64,000 bases of DNA from Eledone cirrhosa (lineage: Eukaryota), in assembly GCA_964016885.1 (NCBI GenBank), contig OZ024758.1:31620001-31684000 (forward strand), in the 5' to 3' direction. The notes under the pieces were generated by a model, which saw only the letters and a list, made by a program, of their open reading frames with translations, ran no database searches and was not told the origin of the DNA. The translations under genes and the position numbers were made by a program. This document shows, one piece after another, positions 14,613 through 28,557 of this stretch (position 1 is its first letter; each line of letters starts with the position of its first letter).

Positions 14613-14677
14613 CTCTGGTCAATTTTTATTTTTTAATCTTTTTCATGCTAATATTTTTAATAGCAATGACTTCTGAG

Positions 14678-14965
14678 TAGAGGCATAATAAGGGCATGGC
14701 AAGTATGACACGTGCCACATGAAGGGGGCGCCACTTGGACTAGGTGTACGTTCTATTAAAGTCAAATAAGCCTCGTCAGAGAGTCAAAAAGAAACTCCTT
14801 CAGATGTATGATCTGTCTTTGATTATCATGGGTGAGAACATTATGGTGGCTGGATCAGTAAACCATTTATATAAATTATTAGGTCCATAGGTAAAAACAC
14901 AGTGCTGGGCAGAGACACAATTTCACTGCTTGCCATAGGCGTTATTTTCCCTCGTTATGCCTCTG
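14678..14965. mobile_element. hAT-like MITE (288 bp)
   Basis: TIRs TAGAGGCATAATAAGGG / CCCTCGTTATGCCTCTG; flanking 8-mers CTTCTGAG and CTTCTGTA (6/8 match) fit a decayed 8-bp TSD. Confidence 0.6.
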
Positions 14966-15169
14966 CTTCTGTAAGAGACTAGAACATTTCAACTATGTAA
15001 TTGGAAGGTCAACCTGAAGTGGGTTGTGAAGATCCATCCAAGCATGGAGAAATGGATATAAGCTAATGATGATAGATATTTAAATATTAATTATTCCATG
15101 TTAATATATTGATAAAGCCAATATTTGTTACACTATATATAACAGTTACAGATCCTTTTTTTTTATACA

Positions 15170-15564
15170 CAGGGTGTATCAAAAGGCTATATTTTGTAAC
15201 CCTTAAGCATTTACATTACTCTATATTTACTATTGTATTTTCACAGTAAAGGCTTTACCTCACATAATATCGAATCTATGAGACTTTAATATTATTTATT
15301 TTGAGAACAATACTCTGATATCAGTATGAGCGACCAATTACAGCTGGTTTGAACAGAAAGAGGTGAGAGAATTCTGGCTGGATATGGCTGGTTTAAATGC
15401 TAAAGGGTTAAACAAATGACCATATAATTATCTGGTACAATACATGTCTGAAAATAAAGTTTTATTCATTTTTCATAACTTTTATAAATGTTTATAAAGT
15501 TATTTACATATTGAGCATTTGTAAAAAATGTAAATAAAATTGGATGATCGTTTGATACATCCTG
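15170..15564. mobile_element. Tc1/mariner-like MITE containing a nested piggyBac MITE
   Basis: TIRs CAGGGTGTATCAAA / TTTGATACATCCTG, the right end followed by TA. Confidence 0.55.
15200..15407 (-). mobile_element. piggyBac-derived MITE (~210 bp)
   Basis: Ends CCCTTAAGCATT...AATGCTAAAGGG followed by TTAA; similar to copies at 17081, 56111 and 62211. Confidence 0.75.
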
Positions 15565-16071
15565 TACATCAAACATTCCAATATCACAACTTGTTTATTG
15601 ATTTTTAATATTGGCTACTTATTTAATAGGAAATTTATAGTTGGTTAAATCAACCCCTGTGCTTCACTCATCCTATTGGCCCCTTTAATTCACTGGTACC
15701 TTTTTTTATCAACCTACGAAGGAATGAAGGGCAAAGTTGACATTGGCAATATTTAAACTTAAATTCAAATCCCACTTTGGTCAACATTGCCTTTCATTCT
15801 TCTCGAGTTGTACTCTAGTACAAGTGGCCAAGCTGTTGGACTTAAGGACACAATGTCATGGATTCAATTCTTGTAAAATACTTTGTTTCATGTTGCTCCA
15901 GTCCACTCAGCTGTAGATCAGGGTTAACCGTGATGGACTGGCATCTTGTCCAGTGGGGAGTCATGTCCTCTCAGTTGTCAACAAAATCCTTATAAGCAGT
16001 CCTGGTGATACTCCTGGTTTGGGACAGACTTAACTTTTTTTTACAGATACTGGGAAATGACTGGAATTAAG

Positions 16072-16500
16072 TCAGTGTTCTTCTTCTTCTCCCACTTGTT
16101 CCTGGGAAGGTTGTGGGAGCAGAGTCCTCAAACACTCCTTCCAGCAGGTCCTGTCAGAAGCAACTGTCTCTAACTGATCCAGCTGGATCCCCAAGCATGA
16201 CCAGCTAAACTCATGGATGTTATCCAACCATCTTGCTTGGGGTCTACCCCTGGGTCTCTTGCTGGTTGGTTTTGCCCCTAAAATCTCTCCAGTGATTCTT
16301 TCCTGAGACATTCTAACCACATGCCCATAGTATCGGAGCTGTGATCTCTCAATTCAGAGAAGTAGCAGCTCTACCTGGAGTGATTCTCTCATCTCCAATT
16401 TACACACTTTATCGAGTAATGTTACTCCAAAGACCCTTCAGAGGAATCCCATTTTGGCCACTTGTATTCGCGATCGTATTCTTTCAGTCATTACCCAAGT
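16072..16500 (-). mobile_element. Old RTE-clade LINE 3' fragment (separate family E)
   Basis: Peptide (YGH)VVRMSQERI...KRPRGRPQARWLDNI...DRTCW typical of an RTE C-terminus; short (GAA)n tail. Confidence 0.75.
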
Positions 16501-16990
16501 GTTGTTTAACAAATATTTGTATGTTTGGGTATGGAATAATATCAGTATATAAATATGACAACAGTTAACCCTTATTTCTATTTATTTATTTAATCTTTTT
16601 TTTAAAACTATTTATGAGATGCCAGACCTCACTTACTTACAGGGTGGGGTGGAACTCGTCAAATCAGACAAAAGAAAATATGTTTCCATTGGTCCTTCCA
16701 TTGCTGTGTTTCTTTGTCATCTCGTGTGAGTCTCAGCGATTTACTCCAAAATTGGTCATTTCTGTAAAACAGAACTACAGCATCAATATTTCTCTGCTTT
16801 TGAACATATTTCCAAAACATGATTAGTATTCTCAAGAGAAATTGAGAAACGTTTTCTGGAACGATAAATTCTCATAGACAAAACAAATTATATAGTTATT
16901 ATATTTGTGTATAGTGACAGCATTACATACCAAACATATCTGTTATGCAACACTGATTTAATTACAATTATTAATTGCTATTAATACTAT

Positions 16991-17580
16991 GGCAGTGAAT
17001 TGGCAGAGTCATTAGAAAGTTGGATACTTTGTGGTATTTGTTCTGACTCTCTGCATTCTCAGTTCAACTTTGCCCTTCATCCTTTTAGTAACCAGCCGTA
17101 TCCAGCCAGAATTCTCTCATCTTTTTTTGTTCAAACTGGCTGCTCATACTTATGTTAAGGTATTGTTCTCAAAATAAATAATATCCAAATCACATAGATT
17201 TGATATAATTGTTTCTACTTTGGGCACAAGGCCAGCAATTATCCCAGTGTATTACTGGTACTTTATTTTATCGACCCTGTAAGGATGAAAGGCAAAGTTA
17301 ACCTCGGCGGAAGTTAACCTCAGAGGGATTTGATATAATGTGAGATTATTATATGAGATAAAATGTTTACCATGAAAATATAATAGTAAATATAAAGTAA
17401 TGTAGATGCTAAAGGGTTAAGGTCAATAAAAAAGTAACATATATCTTTTTCTCACACTCTCTCTATTCTTCTATGGAAGAAATCTGCTGTCTTCAGACCT
17501 GGAGAGGAGATGGACTCTGCCAGGTTAAAAAATGCTCTAGAACATTGCATGTCAATATGGCACCTGTATGGTCCATTAAT
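16991..17580 (+). mobile_element. Nin-type SINE interrupted by a piggyBac MITE (17081-17416), itself interrupted by an antisense SINE (17210-17326)
   Basis: The SINE core resumes at 17421 (GGTCAATAAAAAAGTA) after AAAGGGTTAA; the inner SINE is flanked by a 13-bp TSD GATTTGATATAAT (17197-17209, 17327-17339). Confidence 0.7.
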
Positions 17581-17669
17581 ACATGTCATGAACAGATCAA
17601 TCTCAGTATATATTAACTTTTAGGTTTTCTTTGAACAGCTAAAGACAATTTCAACAACCATCTGTATGG

Positions 17670-17960
17670 TTTCATAACTCCTGAGAGAGTCAAAGGAGCC
17701 CCATATTGACATACAATGTTTCTAGGCCATTATTTTTTTAACCTGACAGAGCCCATCTCTTCTCCAGGCCTGAATACAGCAGATTTCTTCCAGAGAAGAA
17801 TAGAGAGTGACAGAATGAAAGTGAGAAAGATTCAACCTCAGTACTTGCCTGGTACATTTTAAATATCTTGAATGAATGAAAAGCAATATTGACCTTAGCG
17901 GGATTTGAACTCAGAGAGCAGAAACAAATACCGCAAAGCATTCTATCTGAAGTTCTAACA
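17670..17960 (-). mobile_element. Nin-type SINE, inverted relative to the copy at 16991-17580
   Basis: Reverse-complement B-box (GGGATTTGAACTCAGAG), core and tail. Confidence 0.7.
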
Positions 17961-18089
17961 ACTCACAGCCTTCAACCATCTACTGTTTCGAAATAGTTAC
18001 CATGTCGTACCATTCTCATATTGGAAAAAATATCTTTTTATAAGTTGATATTGTTGATTCTGTGAGTTTATTAAAAAAAATGATGAAAG

Positions 18090-18347
18090 ATCATCATCAT
18101 CACCACTGTTTACTTCCGTTCTTCCACGCTAGCATGGGTTAGACGGGTTGTCCTGATGTGGGCAGTGTCCGGTCGGCTGACCTTGTCTTGCGCATACGGG
18201 AACTGATTCTGGCTTGATTTCTACAGCTGGATGCCCTTCCTAACACCAACCTCATTTACAGTGTGGGCTGGGTGCTTTTTTGCCATGGCACCTCCACATC
18301 CACTTTACAGTGGAAGGGGTGGGGGTATATTGTCTATATGCTTCAGC
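18090..18347 (-). mobile_element. 3' UTR fragment of RTE family B
   Basis: Closely matches the reverse complement of the family B 3' UTR (31460-31760); (CAT)n tail on the + strand. Confidence 0.85.
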
Positions 18348-18448
18348 AAGTCTAGCACTGTTTTCTTGACAAAGTCATCTAACTCTAGACAGTTTACCTC
18401 ATCTAGGCAGTAGAGTTAATCTCCCATTGATGGATATTATTAAAAAAG

Positions 18449-19275
18449 GGTGGTGGATTGGCAGTATCAGTAGAGGGTCGGACGCCATGCTTTGATGCAT
18501 AGAGTTACGGCCCTTTCCAATCTGAGTTCAAATCTCACCGAGGTTAACTTTGCCTTTCATCCGTACCAGTAATGTACTGGGTAATTGTTGGCCTTGTGCC
18601 AAAAGTAGAAACAATATATTAAAAAAGTTAAGCAATGAACTGTTTCTCGTACTTAATATGATGATAAGAATTTCTGATTTAGGCACAAGGCCAGCAATTT
18701 AGGGAAAAAGGAAAATTGATTATATTGAATCAAGTATTTGGCTGATACTTTATTTTATTGACACTGAAAGCATGAAAGCCAAAGTTGACCTTAGCAACAA
18801 TTTGAATAAAGAGATGGTAGAAATATCATAAAACATTTTTTCTGAGGTTCTACCAATTCTAGCAATTCTAGCAATTCTACCAATCCACCTTCAATGATGA
18901 TAGCAATAATCGTTTCTACTTTAGACACAAGGACAACTATTTTGGAGGAGGGGAAAGTTGATTAAATTGACCCCAGTGTATTACTGGTACTTTATTTGAT
19001 ACAGGATTTGAACTCAGAACATAAGGGGCCATAACTATGCTACAAAGCATGGTGTCTGACGCTAAACCAATACTGCCAATCCACTGCCCTGAAATAATTG
19101 TTTCTACTTTTGGCACAAGACCAGCAATAACCCCAGTGCATTACTGGTACTTTATCTTATCGCCCCCATAAAGATGAAAGACAAAGTTTACCCTGGCAGG
19201 ATTTGAACACAGAACGTAAAGGGTCGTAACTCTATGCCATAAACCAAGATATCCGATACTGCCAATCCACCGCTC
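18449..19275. mobile_element. Cluster of four Nin-type SINE copies (one on +, three on -)
   Basis: Repeated GAGTTCAAAT / ATTTGAAC B-box, TTTGCCTTTCATC core and GGCCTTGTGCCAAAAGTAGAAAC tail. Confidence 0.7.
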
Positions 19276-19473
19276 TCAGCAATAATAATAATAATGATGA
19301 TGATGAAAATGGCGGCAATGGTGGAAGAAATAAGGTTCTCACAACCAGAGCAAATGATAGCATCTAGAGCAGACACACACACCACACAGGGCAGCAATCT
19401 GAATATTTAAGGGGCCCATTTGAAAATGATGTTAATGAGAAAAAACTTAAGGTTCACACTTAATGTAACTTTA

Positions 19474-22400
19474 GTACACATTGGTCAGAAACTCCTGTCT
19501 CACCTCCACCACATGTTATTGTACATCTGGTACCACCTATACGGTACACATTGCTGTCAGAAACTCCTGTCTCACCTCCACCACATGTTATTGTACATCT
19601 GGTACCACCTATATGGTACACATTGCTGTCAGAAACTCTTGTCTCACCTCCACCACATGTTATTGTACATCTGGTACCACCTATATGGTACACATTGCTG
19701 TCAGAAACTCCTGTCTCACCTCCTTTATATGATATTGTACATCTGGTACCACCTATATGGTACACATCACTGTGAGAAACTCTTGTCTCACCTCCACCAC
19801 ATGTTATTGTACATCTGATACCACCTATATGGTACACATTGCTGTCAGAAACTCTTGTCTCACCTCCACCATATGTTATTGTACATCTGGTACCACCTAT
19901 ATGGTACACATTACTGTGAGAAACTCTTGTCTCACCTCCACCACATGTTATTGTACATCTGATACCACCTATATGGTACACATTGCTGTCAGAAACTCCT
20001 GTCTCACCTCCACCACATGTTATTGTACATCTGGTACCACCTATATGGTACACATTGCTGTCAGAAACTCCTGTCTCACCTCCACCACATGTTATTGTAC
20101 ATCTGGTACCACCTATATGGTACACATTGCTGTCAGAAACTCCTGTCTCACCTCCTTTATATGTTATTGTATATCTGGCACCACCTATATGGTACACATT
20201 GCTGTCAGAAACTCCTGTCTCACCTCCACCACATGTTATTGTACATCTGGTACCACCTATATGGTACACATTGCTGTCAGAAACTCCTGTCTCACCTCCA
20301 CCACATGTTATTGTACATCTGGTACCACCTATATGGTACACATTACTGTGAGAAACTCTTGTCTCACCTCCACCACATGTTATTGTACATCTGATACCAC
20401 CTATATGGTACACATTGCTGTCAGAAACTCCCGTCTCACCTCCACCACATGTTATTGTACATCTGGTACCACCTATATGGTACACATTGCTGTCAGAAAC
20501 TCCTGTTTCACCTCCTTTATATGTTATTGTATATCTGGTACCACCTATATGGTACACATTGCTGTCAGAAACTCCTGTCTCACCTCCACCACATGTTATT
20601 GTACATCTGATACCACCTATATGGTACACATTGCTGTCAGAAACTCCTGTCTCACCTCAACATATGTTATTGTACATCTGATACCACCTATATGGTACAC
20701 ATTGCTGTCAGAAACTCCTGTCTCACCTCCACCACATGTTATTGTACATCTGGCACCCCCTATATGGAACCAATTACTGTCAGAAACTCCTGTCTCACCT
20801 CCACCACATGTTATTGTACATCTGGCACCACCTATATGGTACACATTACTGTCAGAAATTCCTGTCTCACCTCCACCACATGTTATTGTACATCTGGCAC
20901 CACCTATATAGTACACATTACTATCAGAAACTCCCGTCTCACCTCCACCACATCTTATTGGACATCTGCAACCAACTTTATGTTGCACATTATTGTCAGA
21001 AACTCCTGTCTCACCTCCTCCATATGTTATTGTACATCTGGTACCACCTATATGGTACACATTACTGTTAGAAACTCGTGTCTCACCTCCACCATATATT
21101 AGTGTACATCTGGTACCACGTGTATGGTACACATTACCTTCAGAAACTCTTGCCTCACCTCCTCCACACATGTTATTGTACATCTGGTACCACCTATATT
21201 GTACACATTTCTGTCAGAAACTCCTGTCTCACCTCAACATATGTTATTGTACATCTGGCACCACCTATACGGTACACATTACTGTCTGAAACTCCTGTCT
21301 CACCTCCACACATGTTATTGTACATCTGGCACCACCTATATGGTGCACATTGCTGACAGAAACTCCTGTCTCACCTCAACATGTTATTGTACATCTGGTA
21401 CCACCTATATGGTACACATTACTGTCAGAAACTCCTGTCTCACCTCCACACATGTTATTGTACATCTGGTACCACCTATATGGTGCACATTGCTGACAGA
21501 AACTCCTGTCTCACCTCAACATGTTATTGTACATCTGGCACCACCTATACGGTACACATTACTGTCTGAAACTCCTGTCTCACCTCCACACATGTTATTG
21601 TACCTCTGGTACCACCTATATGGTGCACATTGCTGACAGAAACCCCTGTCTCACCTCAACATGTTATTCTACATCTGGTACCACCTATATGGTACACATT
21701 GCTGACAGAAACTCCTGTCTCACCTCCACACATGTTATTGTACATCTGGCACCACCTATACGGTACACATTACTGTCTGAAACTCCTGTCTCACCTCCAC
21801 ACATGTTATTGTACATCTGGCACCACCTATATGGTGCACATTGCTGACATAAACTCCTGTCTCACCTCAACATATGTTATTGTACATCTGGTACCACCTA
21901 TATGGTGCACATTGCTGACATAAACTCCTGTCTCACCTCAACATATGTTATTGTACATCTGGTACCACCTATATGGTGCACATTGCTGACAGAAACTCCT
22001 GTCTCACCTCAACATATGTTATTGTACATCTGGTACCACCTATATGGTGCACATTGCTGACAGAAACTCCTGTCTCACCTCAACATATGTTATTGTACAT
22101 CTGGTACCACCTATATGGTGCACATTGCTGACAGAAACTCCTGTCTCACCTCAACATATGTTATTGTACATCTGGTACCACCTATATGGTACACATTTCT
22201 GTCAGAAACTCTTGCCTCACCTCCTCCACATGTTATTGTACATCTGGCACCACCTATATGGTACACATTTCTGTCAGAAACTCCTGTCTCACCTCCTCCA
22301 CATGTTATTGTACATCTGGCACCAACTAAATGGTACACATTTCTGTCAGAAACTCTTGCCTCACCTCCTCCATATGTTAATGTACATCTGGCACCACCTA

Positions 22401-25180
22401 TATGGTACACATTACTGTCAGAAACTCCTGTCTCACCTCCATACATGTTATTCTACATGTCACCACCTATATGGTACACATTACTGTCAGAAACTCTTGT
22501 GTCACCTCCTCCACGTGCTATTGTACATCTGGCACCACCTATATAGTACATATTACTGTCAGAAACTCTGGTCTCACCTCTACCACATATTATTCTAGAT
22601 CTGGCACCACCTATATGGTACACATTACTGTCAGAAACCTCTGTCTCACCTCCACCACATGTTATTGTACATGTGGCACCACCTATATGGTACACATTGC
22701 TGTCAGAAACTCCTGTCTCACCTCCTTCACACATGTTATTGTACATCTGGTACCATCTATATGGTACACATTACTGTCAGAAACTCCTGTCTCACCTCCA
22801 CCAGATGTTATTGTACATCTAGCGACACCTATATGGTACACATTACTGACAGAAACTCCTGTCTCACCTCCACACATGTTATTGTACATCTGGCACCACC
22901 TATATGGTACACATTACAGTCATAAACTCCTGTCTCATCTCCTACACATGTTATTCTACATTTGGCACCATCTATATGGTACACATTGCTGTCAGAAACT
23001 CTTGCGTCACTTCCACCACATGTTATTCTACATCTGGCACCACCTATATGGTAGACATTACTGACAGAAACTCCTGTCTCACCTCCACCACATGTTATTG
23101 TACATCTGGCACCACCTATATGGTAGATATTACTATCAAAAAACCTGTCTCACCTCCTCCATATGTTATTGTACATCTGGCACTACCTATAAGGTACACA
23201 TTACTGTTAGAAACTCGTGTCTCACCTCCACCATATATATTGGTGTACCTCTGGTACCACCTATATGGTACACATTACTGTTAGAAACTCGTGTCTCACC
23301 TCCACCATATATTAGTGTACCTCTGGTACCACCTATATGATACACATTACCATCAGAAACTCCTGTCTCACATCCTCAATACATGTTATTCTACATCTGA
23401 AACCACCTATATGGTACACATTACTGTCAGAAACTCCTGTTTCACCTCCACACATGTTATTGTACATCTGGTACCACCTATATGGTACACATTACTGTCA
23501 GAAACTCCCATCTCACCTCCATCATATATTATTGTACATCTGGTACCACCTATACAGTTCACATTACTATCAGAAACTCCTATCTAACCTCCACCAGATG
23601 TTATTGTACCTCTGGTACCACCTATATGGTAAACGTTACTGTCAGAAACTCCTGTCTCACCTCCTCCATGATATGTTATTGTACATCTGGCAACACCTAT
23701 ATGGTACACATTCCTGTCTGAAACTCTTGCCTCACCTCCACCACATGTTATTGTACATCTGGCACCACCTATATGGTAAACATTACTGTCAGAAACTCCT
23801 GTCTCACCTCCACCACAAGTTATTGTACATCTGGCACCATCTATATGGTACACATTACTGTCAGAAACTCCTGTCTCACCTTCTCCACACATGTTATTGT
23901 ACATCTGGTACCACCTATATGGTACACATTACTGTCAGAAACTCCTGTCTCACCTCCTCCACATGTTATTCTACATCTGGCACCACCTATATGGTACACA
24001 TTACTGTCAGAAACTCCTGTCTCACCTCCTCCATATGTTATTGTACATCTGGTACCACCTTTATAGTACACATTACTGTCAGAAACTCCTCTCTCACCTC
24101 CTCCATATGTTATTCTACATCTGGTACCACCTATATGGTACACATTGCTGTCAGAAACTCCTGTCTCACCTCCTCCACATGTCATTGTACATCTGGCACC
24201 ACCTATATGGTACACATTACTGTCAGAAACTCCTGCCTCACCTCCTCCATATGTTATTGTACATCTGGCACCACCTATATGGTACACATTACTGTCAGAA
24301 ACCCCTGTCTCACCTCCTTTATATGTTATTGCACATCTGAAACCAACTATATGGTACACATTACTGTCAGAAACACCTGTCTCACCTTCTCCACACATGT
24401 TATTGTACATCTGGTACCACCTTTATGGTACACATTACTGTCAGAAACTCCTGTCTCACCTCCACCATATATTATTGTACATCTGGTACCACCTATATGG
24501 TACACATTACTGTCAGAAACTCCTGTCTCACCTCCAACACATGTTATTCTACATCTGGTACCACCTATATGGTACACATTACTGTCAGAAACCCCTGTCT
24601 CACCTCCTCCACACATGTTATTGTACATCTGGTACCACCTATATGGTACACATTACTGTCAGAAACCCCTGTCTCACCTCCTCCACACATGTTATTGTAC
24701 ATCTGGTACCACCTATATGGTACACATTACTGTCAGAAACTCCTGTCTCACCTCCTCCACACATGTTATTGTACATCTGGTACCACCTATATGGTACACA
24801 TTACTGTCAGAAACCCCTGTCTCACCTCCTCCACACATGTTATTGTACATCTGGTACCACCTTTATGGTACCCATTACTGCCAGAAACTCCTGCCTCACC
24901 TCCACCACATGTTATTATACATATAGCACCACCTATATAATACACATTACTGTCAGAAACTGCTGTCTCACTTCCACCACATGTTATTATACATATGGTA
25001 CCAACTATATGGTACACATTACTGTCAGAAACTCCTGTCTCACCTCCACCACATGTTATTATACATATGGTACCAACTATATGGTACACATTACTGTCAG
25101 AAACTCCTGTCTCACCTCCACCACATGTTACTATACATATTGTATCAACTATATGGTACACATTACTGTCAGAAACTCCT
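19474..25180. repeat. 72-bp minisatellite array (~79 units; 69-75 bp variants arranged in sub-blocks)
   Basis: Unit GTACACATTGCTGTCAGAAACTCCTGTCTCACCTCCACCACATGTTATTGTACATCTGGTACCACCTATATG; ends abruptly at an RTE fragment at 25181. Confidence 0.97.
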
Positions 25181-25761
25181 GAGGAGGGTGTTCCGAGGCC
25201 ATAGTATCTAGAATAAGGACGGGTTGGAAGAAGTTTAGGGAGCTGCTTCCTCTGTTGACGAAGAAGGGTATCTCCCTGCGTACGAAAGGCCGGTTGTATG
25301 ATGCCTGTGTGAGGAGCGCGATGCTGCATGGTAGTGAGACATGGGCAGCAACTGCAGAGGATATGCAACGGCTGGAGAGAAATGAGGCAAGCATGCTCCG
25401 TTGGATGTTCAGTGTAAATGTGCGTGAACGACCCAGAATGAATGCATTGAGAGAGAAACTGTGTCTGAGAGGGATAGAATGTAGTGTACGAGAGAGGAGA
25501 CTGAGGTGGTATGGACATGTGATGCGCATGGAGGATGACCGATGGGTGAAGACGTGCCAGGAAATGCCAGTTGAAGGAAGACGCGGTAGAGGTAGACCAT
25601 GAAAAACATGGGCGGAGGTGGTGAGAACAGACCTCAGATCATTGAAGCTCACGGTAGAGATGACGAAGGACCGTGACAAGTGGAGAGATGCTGTGCTGAA
25701 TAAGACCCGTCCCACCCTTGCAAGCAGGGAAGAGCGGACGTAAAATGATGATGATGATGAT
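25181..25761 (+). mobile_element. RTE LINE family C, 3' fragment (580 bp, premature stop)
   Basis: Matches the 3' end of the 1022-aa ORF; ends CGGACGTAAAA(TGA)n, then TA. Confidence 0.95.
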
Positions 25762-25775
25762 AATATATATAATAT

Positions 25776-27629
25776 ATGCCCTAGATAGGAGTAATAGATG
25801 CCCTAGATAGGAGTAACTATAGAGGCATTAAATTAATCGACCAGGTCATGAAGGTCACAGAAAAAGTAATAGCGCAACTAATCAGAGAGCGAATTGATCT
25901 AGATGAAATGCAGTTCAGGTTTGTGTCAGGAAAAAGTACCACAGACGCTCTTTTCATTGTACGACAACTACAGGAGAAGTACCTAGCTAAAAGTAAACCC
26001 CTATACTTAGCTTTCGTCAACTTGGAGAAGGCCTTCGACAGAGTCCCCCGTTCCATTATCTGGTGGGCTCTTAGAAAACTAGGTGTTGATGAATGGCTTG
26101 TGAGAGCTATACAAGCCATGTATAAAGAAACAGTCAGCAAGGTTAGAATTAACAACGAATATAGTGAAGAGTTTAGTGTAAAAGTTGGTGTTCATCAGGG
26201 CTCTGTTCTTAGCCCCCTACTATTTATTATTGCCCTCCAGGCTATAACAGAGGAGTTCAAGACCGGCTGCCCATGGGAACTCCTATACGCAGATGATCTA
26301 ACGCTCATAGCGGAATCAATGGCCGAGCTAGAGAAGAAATTCCAAACATGGAAGCACGGCCTAGAATCAAAAGGCCTTAAAATTAACCTGGCTAAGACTA
26401 AAGTTCTAGTTTGTAAGAAAGAAAATAAGGCGGCGATCCCCTCCCGGAAGTGGCCATGCGCAGAGTGTAGGAAAGGCGTAGGTAGAAATTCCATTTTGTG
26501 TCCCAAATGCAAAGTTTGGGTTCATAAAAGATGTAGTGGGATCACAGGTAAGATAACTAAGAACATAGATTTTACATGTGGCCGGTGTTCTGGGGCAATA
26601 AGTAGCAGCAAGTGCCCACAAAATACTAGCTCTTTCAACTGCGCAGAGGGTTCTATAGAAATAGTGGACAGCTTCCGTTACCTGGGTGACAAAATAAGCA
26701 GTGGGGGAGGGTGCTGTGAAAGTACAGTAGCTAGAGTCAGAACTGGGTGGAAAAAGTTCAGAGAGCTTATACCACTATTAGCCGCTAAAGGGTTCTCCCT
26801 AAAAATGAAAGGCAGGTTGTACGATGCCTGCATACGAACAGCAATGTTGCATGGCAGTGAGACCTGGGCATTGTGTGCAGAGGATATACGCAGACTAGAG
26901 AGAAACGAAGCTTGCATGCTCCGCTGGATGTGTAATAGTAATATACGTGAACGACAAAGCATAAACGAACTAAGGAAAAAATTAGAAATAAGAGGGATCA
27001 GATGTTGTTTACTAGAGAGAAGGCTACGTTGGTATGGTCACGTGATGCGCATGAAGGACGATAGCTGTATAACAAAGTGCAGGGCAATAAAGATAGACGG
27101 TAGCCACGGAATAGGCAGACCCAGAAAAACCTGGGACAAGCTGATAAACTCCGACCTCACACACTTACACCTCACCAAGACAATGTCACTGGACCGAGAC
27201 CTTTGGCGGTACTCAGTAATAGAGAAGACCCGCCTTACCTAAATACAATGTAAAACCTACTACAGTCAGTAGGCATCTCTAACAAAATACACCCCCGTCC
27301 CACCACCCCCACCCCATCCACACCGCCCCCTTCTATGTAAAGTTATGTTGGTGCTACACCATCCAGGCCGAAACAAATGAGATCGTGTAGGTGTCACGAC
27401 AAAAAAACACACAGTCCACGCTGTAATGTGGCCGTGTAGGTAACACGGTAAAAAATCCCAGACCCACACTGTAAATGTGGTTGGTGTTAGGAAGGGCATC
27501 CAACTGTAGAAAACCTGCCAGACAGTCCTATGCGAGCAAGACAATCACTCTTGCCTCAAGTGGGAAAACCTCCATCCAAACCCATGCAAGCGTGGAACAC
27601 GGACGTTAAACGTTGATGATGATGATGAT
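25776..27629 (+). mobile_element. RTE LINE family A, 5'-truncated; RT ORF 25848-27242 with PHD insertion
   Basis: NLEKAFDRV, GVHQGSVLSPLLF and YADD motifs; C4HC3 finger; 3' UTR and (GAT)n tail; 19-bp direct duplication ATGCCCTAGATAGGAGTAA at the 5' junction. Confidence 0.95.
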
Positions 27630-27668
27630 ATAATATATATATACATAATATATATAATATATATATAT

Positions 27669-28535
27669 ATCATCATCATCATCATCATCACCGTTTTACG
27701 TCCGTTCTTCCACGCTAGCATAGGTTAGATGGGTTGTCCTGCTGTGGGCAGTGTCTGGTCGGCTGACCATGCCTTGCTCATACAGGAACTGATTTGGCTT
27801 GATTTCTACAGCTGGATGACCTTCCTAACACCAACCTCATTTACAGTGAGTGCTGGGTGCTTTTTCGTGGCGCCTACATGTCCACTTTACAGTGTGGGCT
27901 GGGTGCTTTTTTGCCATGGCACCTCCACGACCACCTTGCAGTGGGGGGGGGGGGGGGAGAATATTGTCTATATGCTTCAGCTTGTACCCATGGGAGGTCG
28001 AGTACTCTGTATTACTGCGTGACGCCAGAGGTCACGGTCATGTGTCATTGCCTTTGAGAGGTGTAATTGGGTAAGGTCGGCTTTTATCACATCATCCCAA
28101 GTCATCTTGGGTCTCCCCACTCCGCAGTTTCCATCAACTTCTAGTGCTCTACACCTTTTTATGCAGCTGTCATCCTTCATACGCATCACATGTCCATACC
28201 AGCGCAACTGCCTCTCCTGCACACAGCATTTGATTCCTCTTATGCTCAGTCTCTCTCTCAATTCATTTATGCTTTGTCGTTCACGTATATTACTGTTACA
28301 CATGCATCGGAGCAGGCAGGCTTCGTTTCTCTCTAATCTACATAAGTCTTCCACCTTCAGCGCCCAGGTCTCACTACCATGCAACATTGCTGTTCGGATA
28401 CACGCATCATACAGTCTGCCTTTCATTCTGAGGGAGAGGCCTTTTGCAGCTAGCAGTGGTAGTAGTTCCCTAAACTTCTTCCATCCCGTTCTTACCCTAG
28501 TTATTGTACTTTCTGAACACCCACCTCCGCTGCTA
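27669..28535 (-). mobile_element. RTE LINE family B, inverted 3' fragment
   Basis: Encodes SSGGGCSES...STRPPMGTS plus UTR and tail; tail-to-tail with a family A copy and head-to-head with the next B copy across TA runs. Confidence 0.95.
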
Positions 28536-28557
28536 TATATATATATAATATATATAT

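Noticed and set aside
19420-25211. Long His/Cys/Pro-rich ORFs (up to 529 aa)
   Set aside because: Open in several frames and on both strands of a 72-bp minisatellite, with frame switching at indels; no coding signal.
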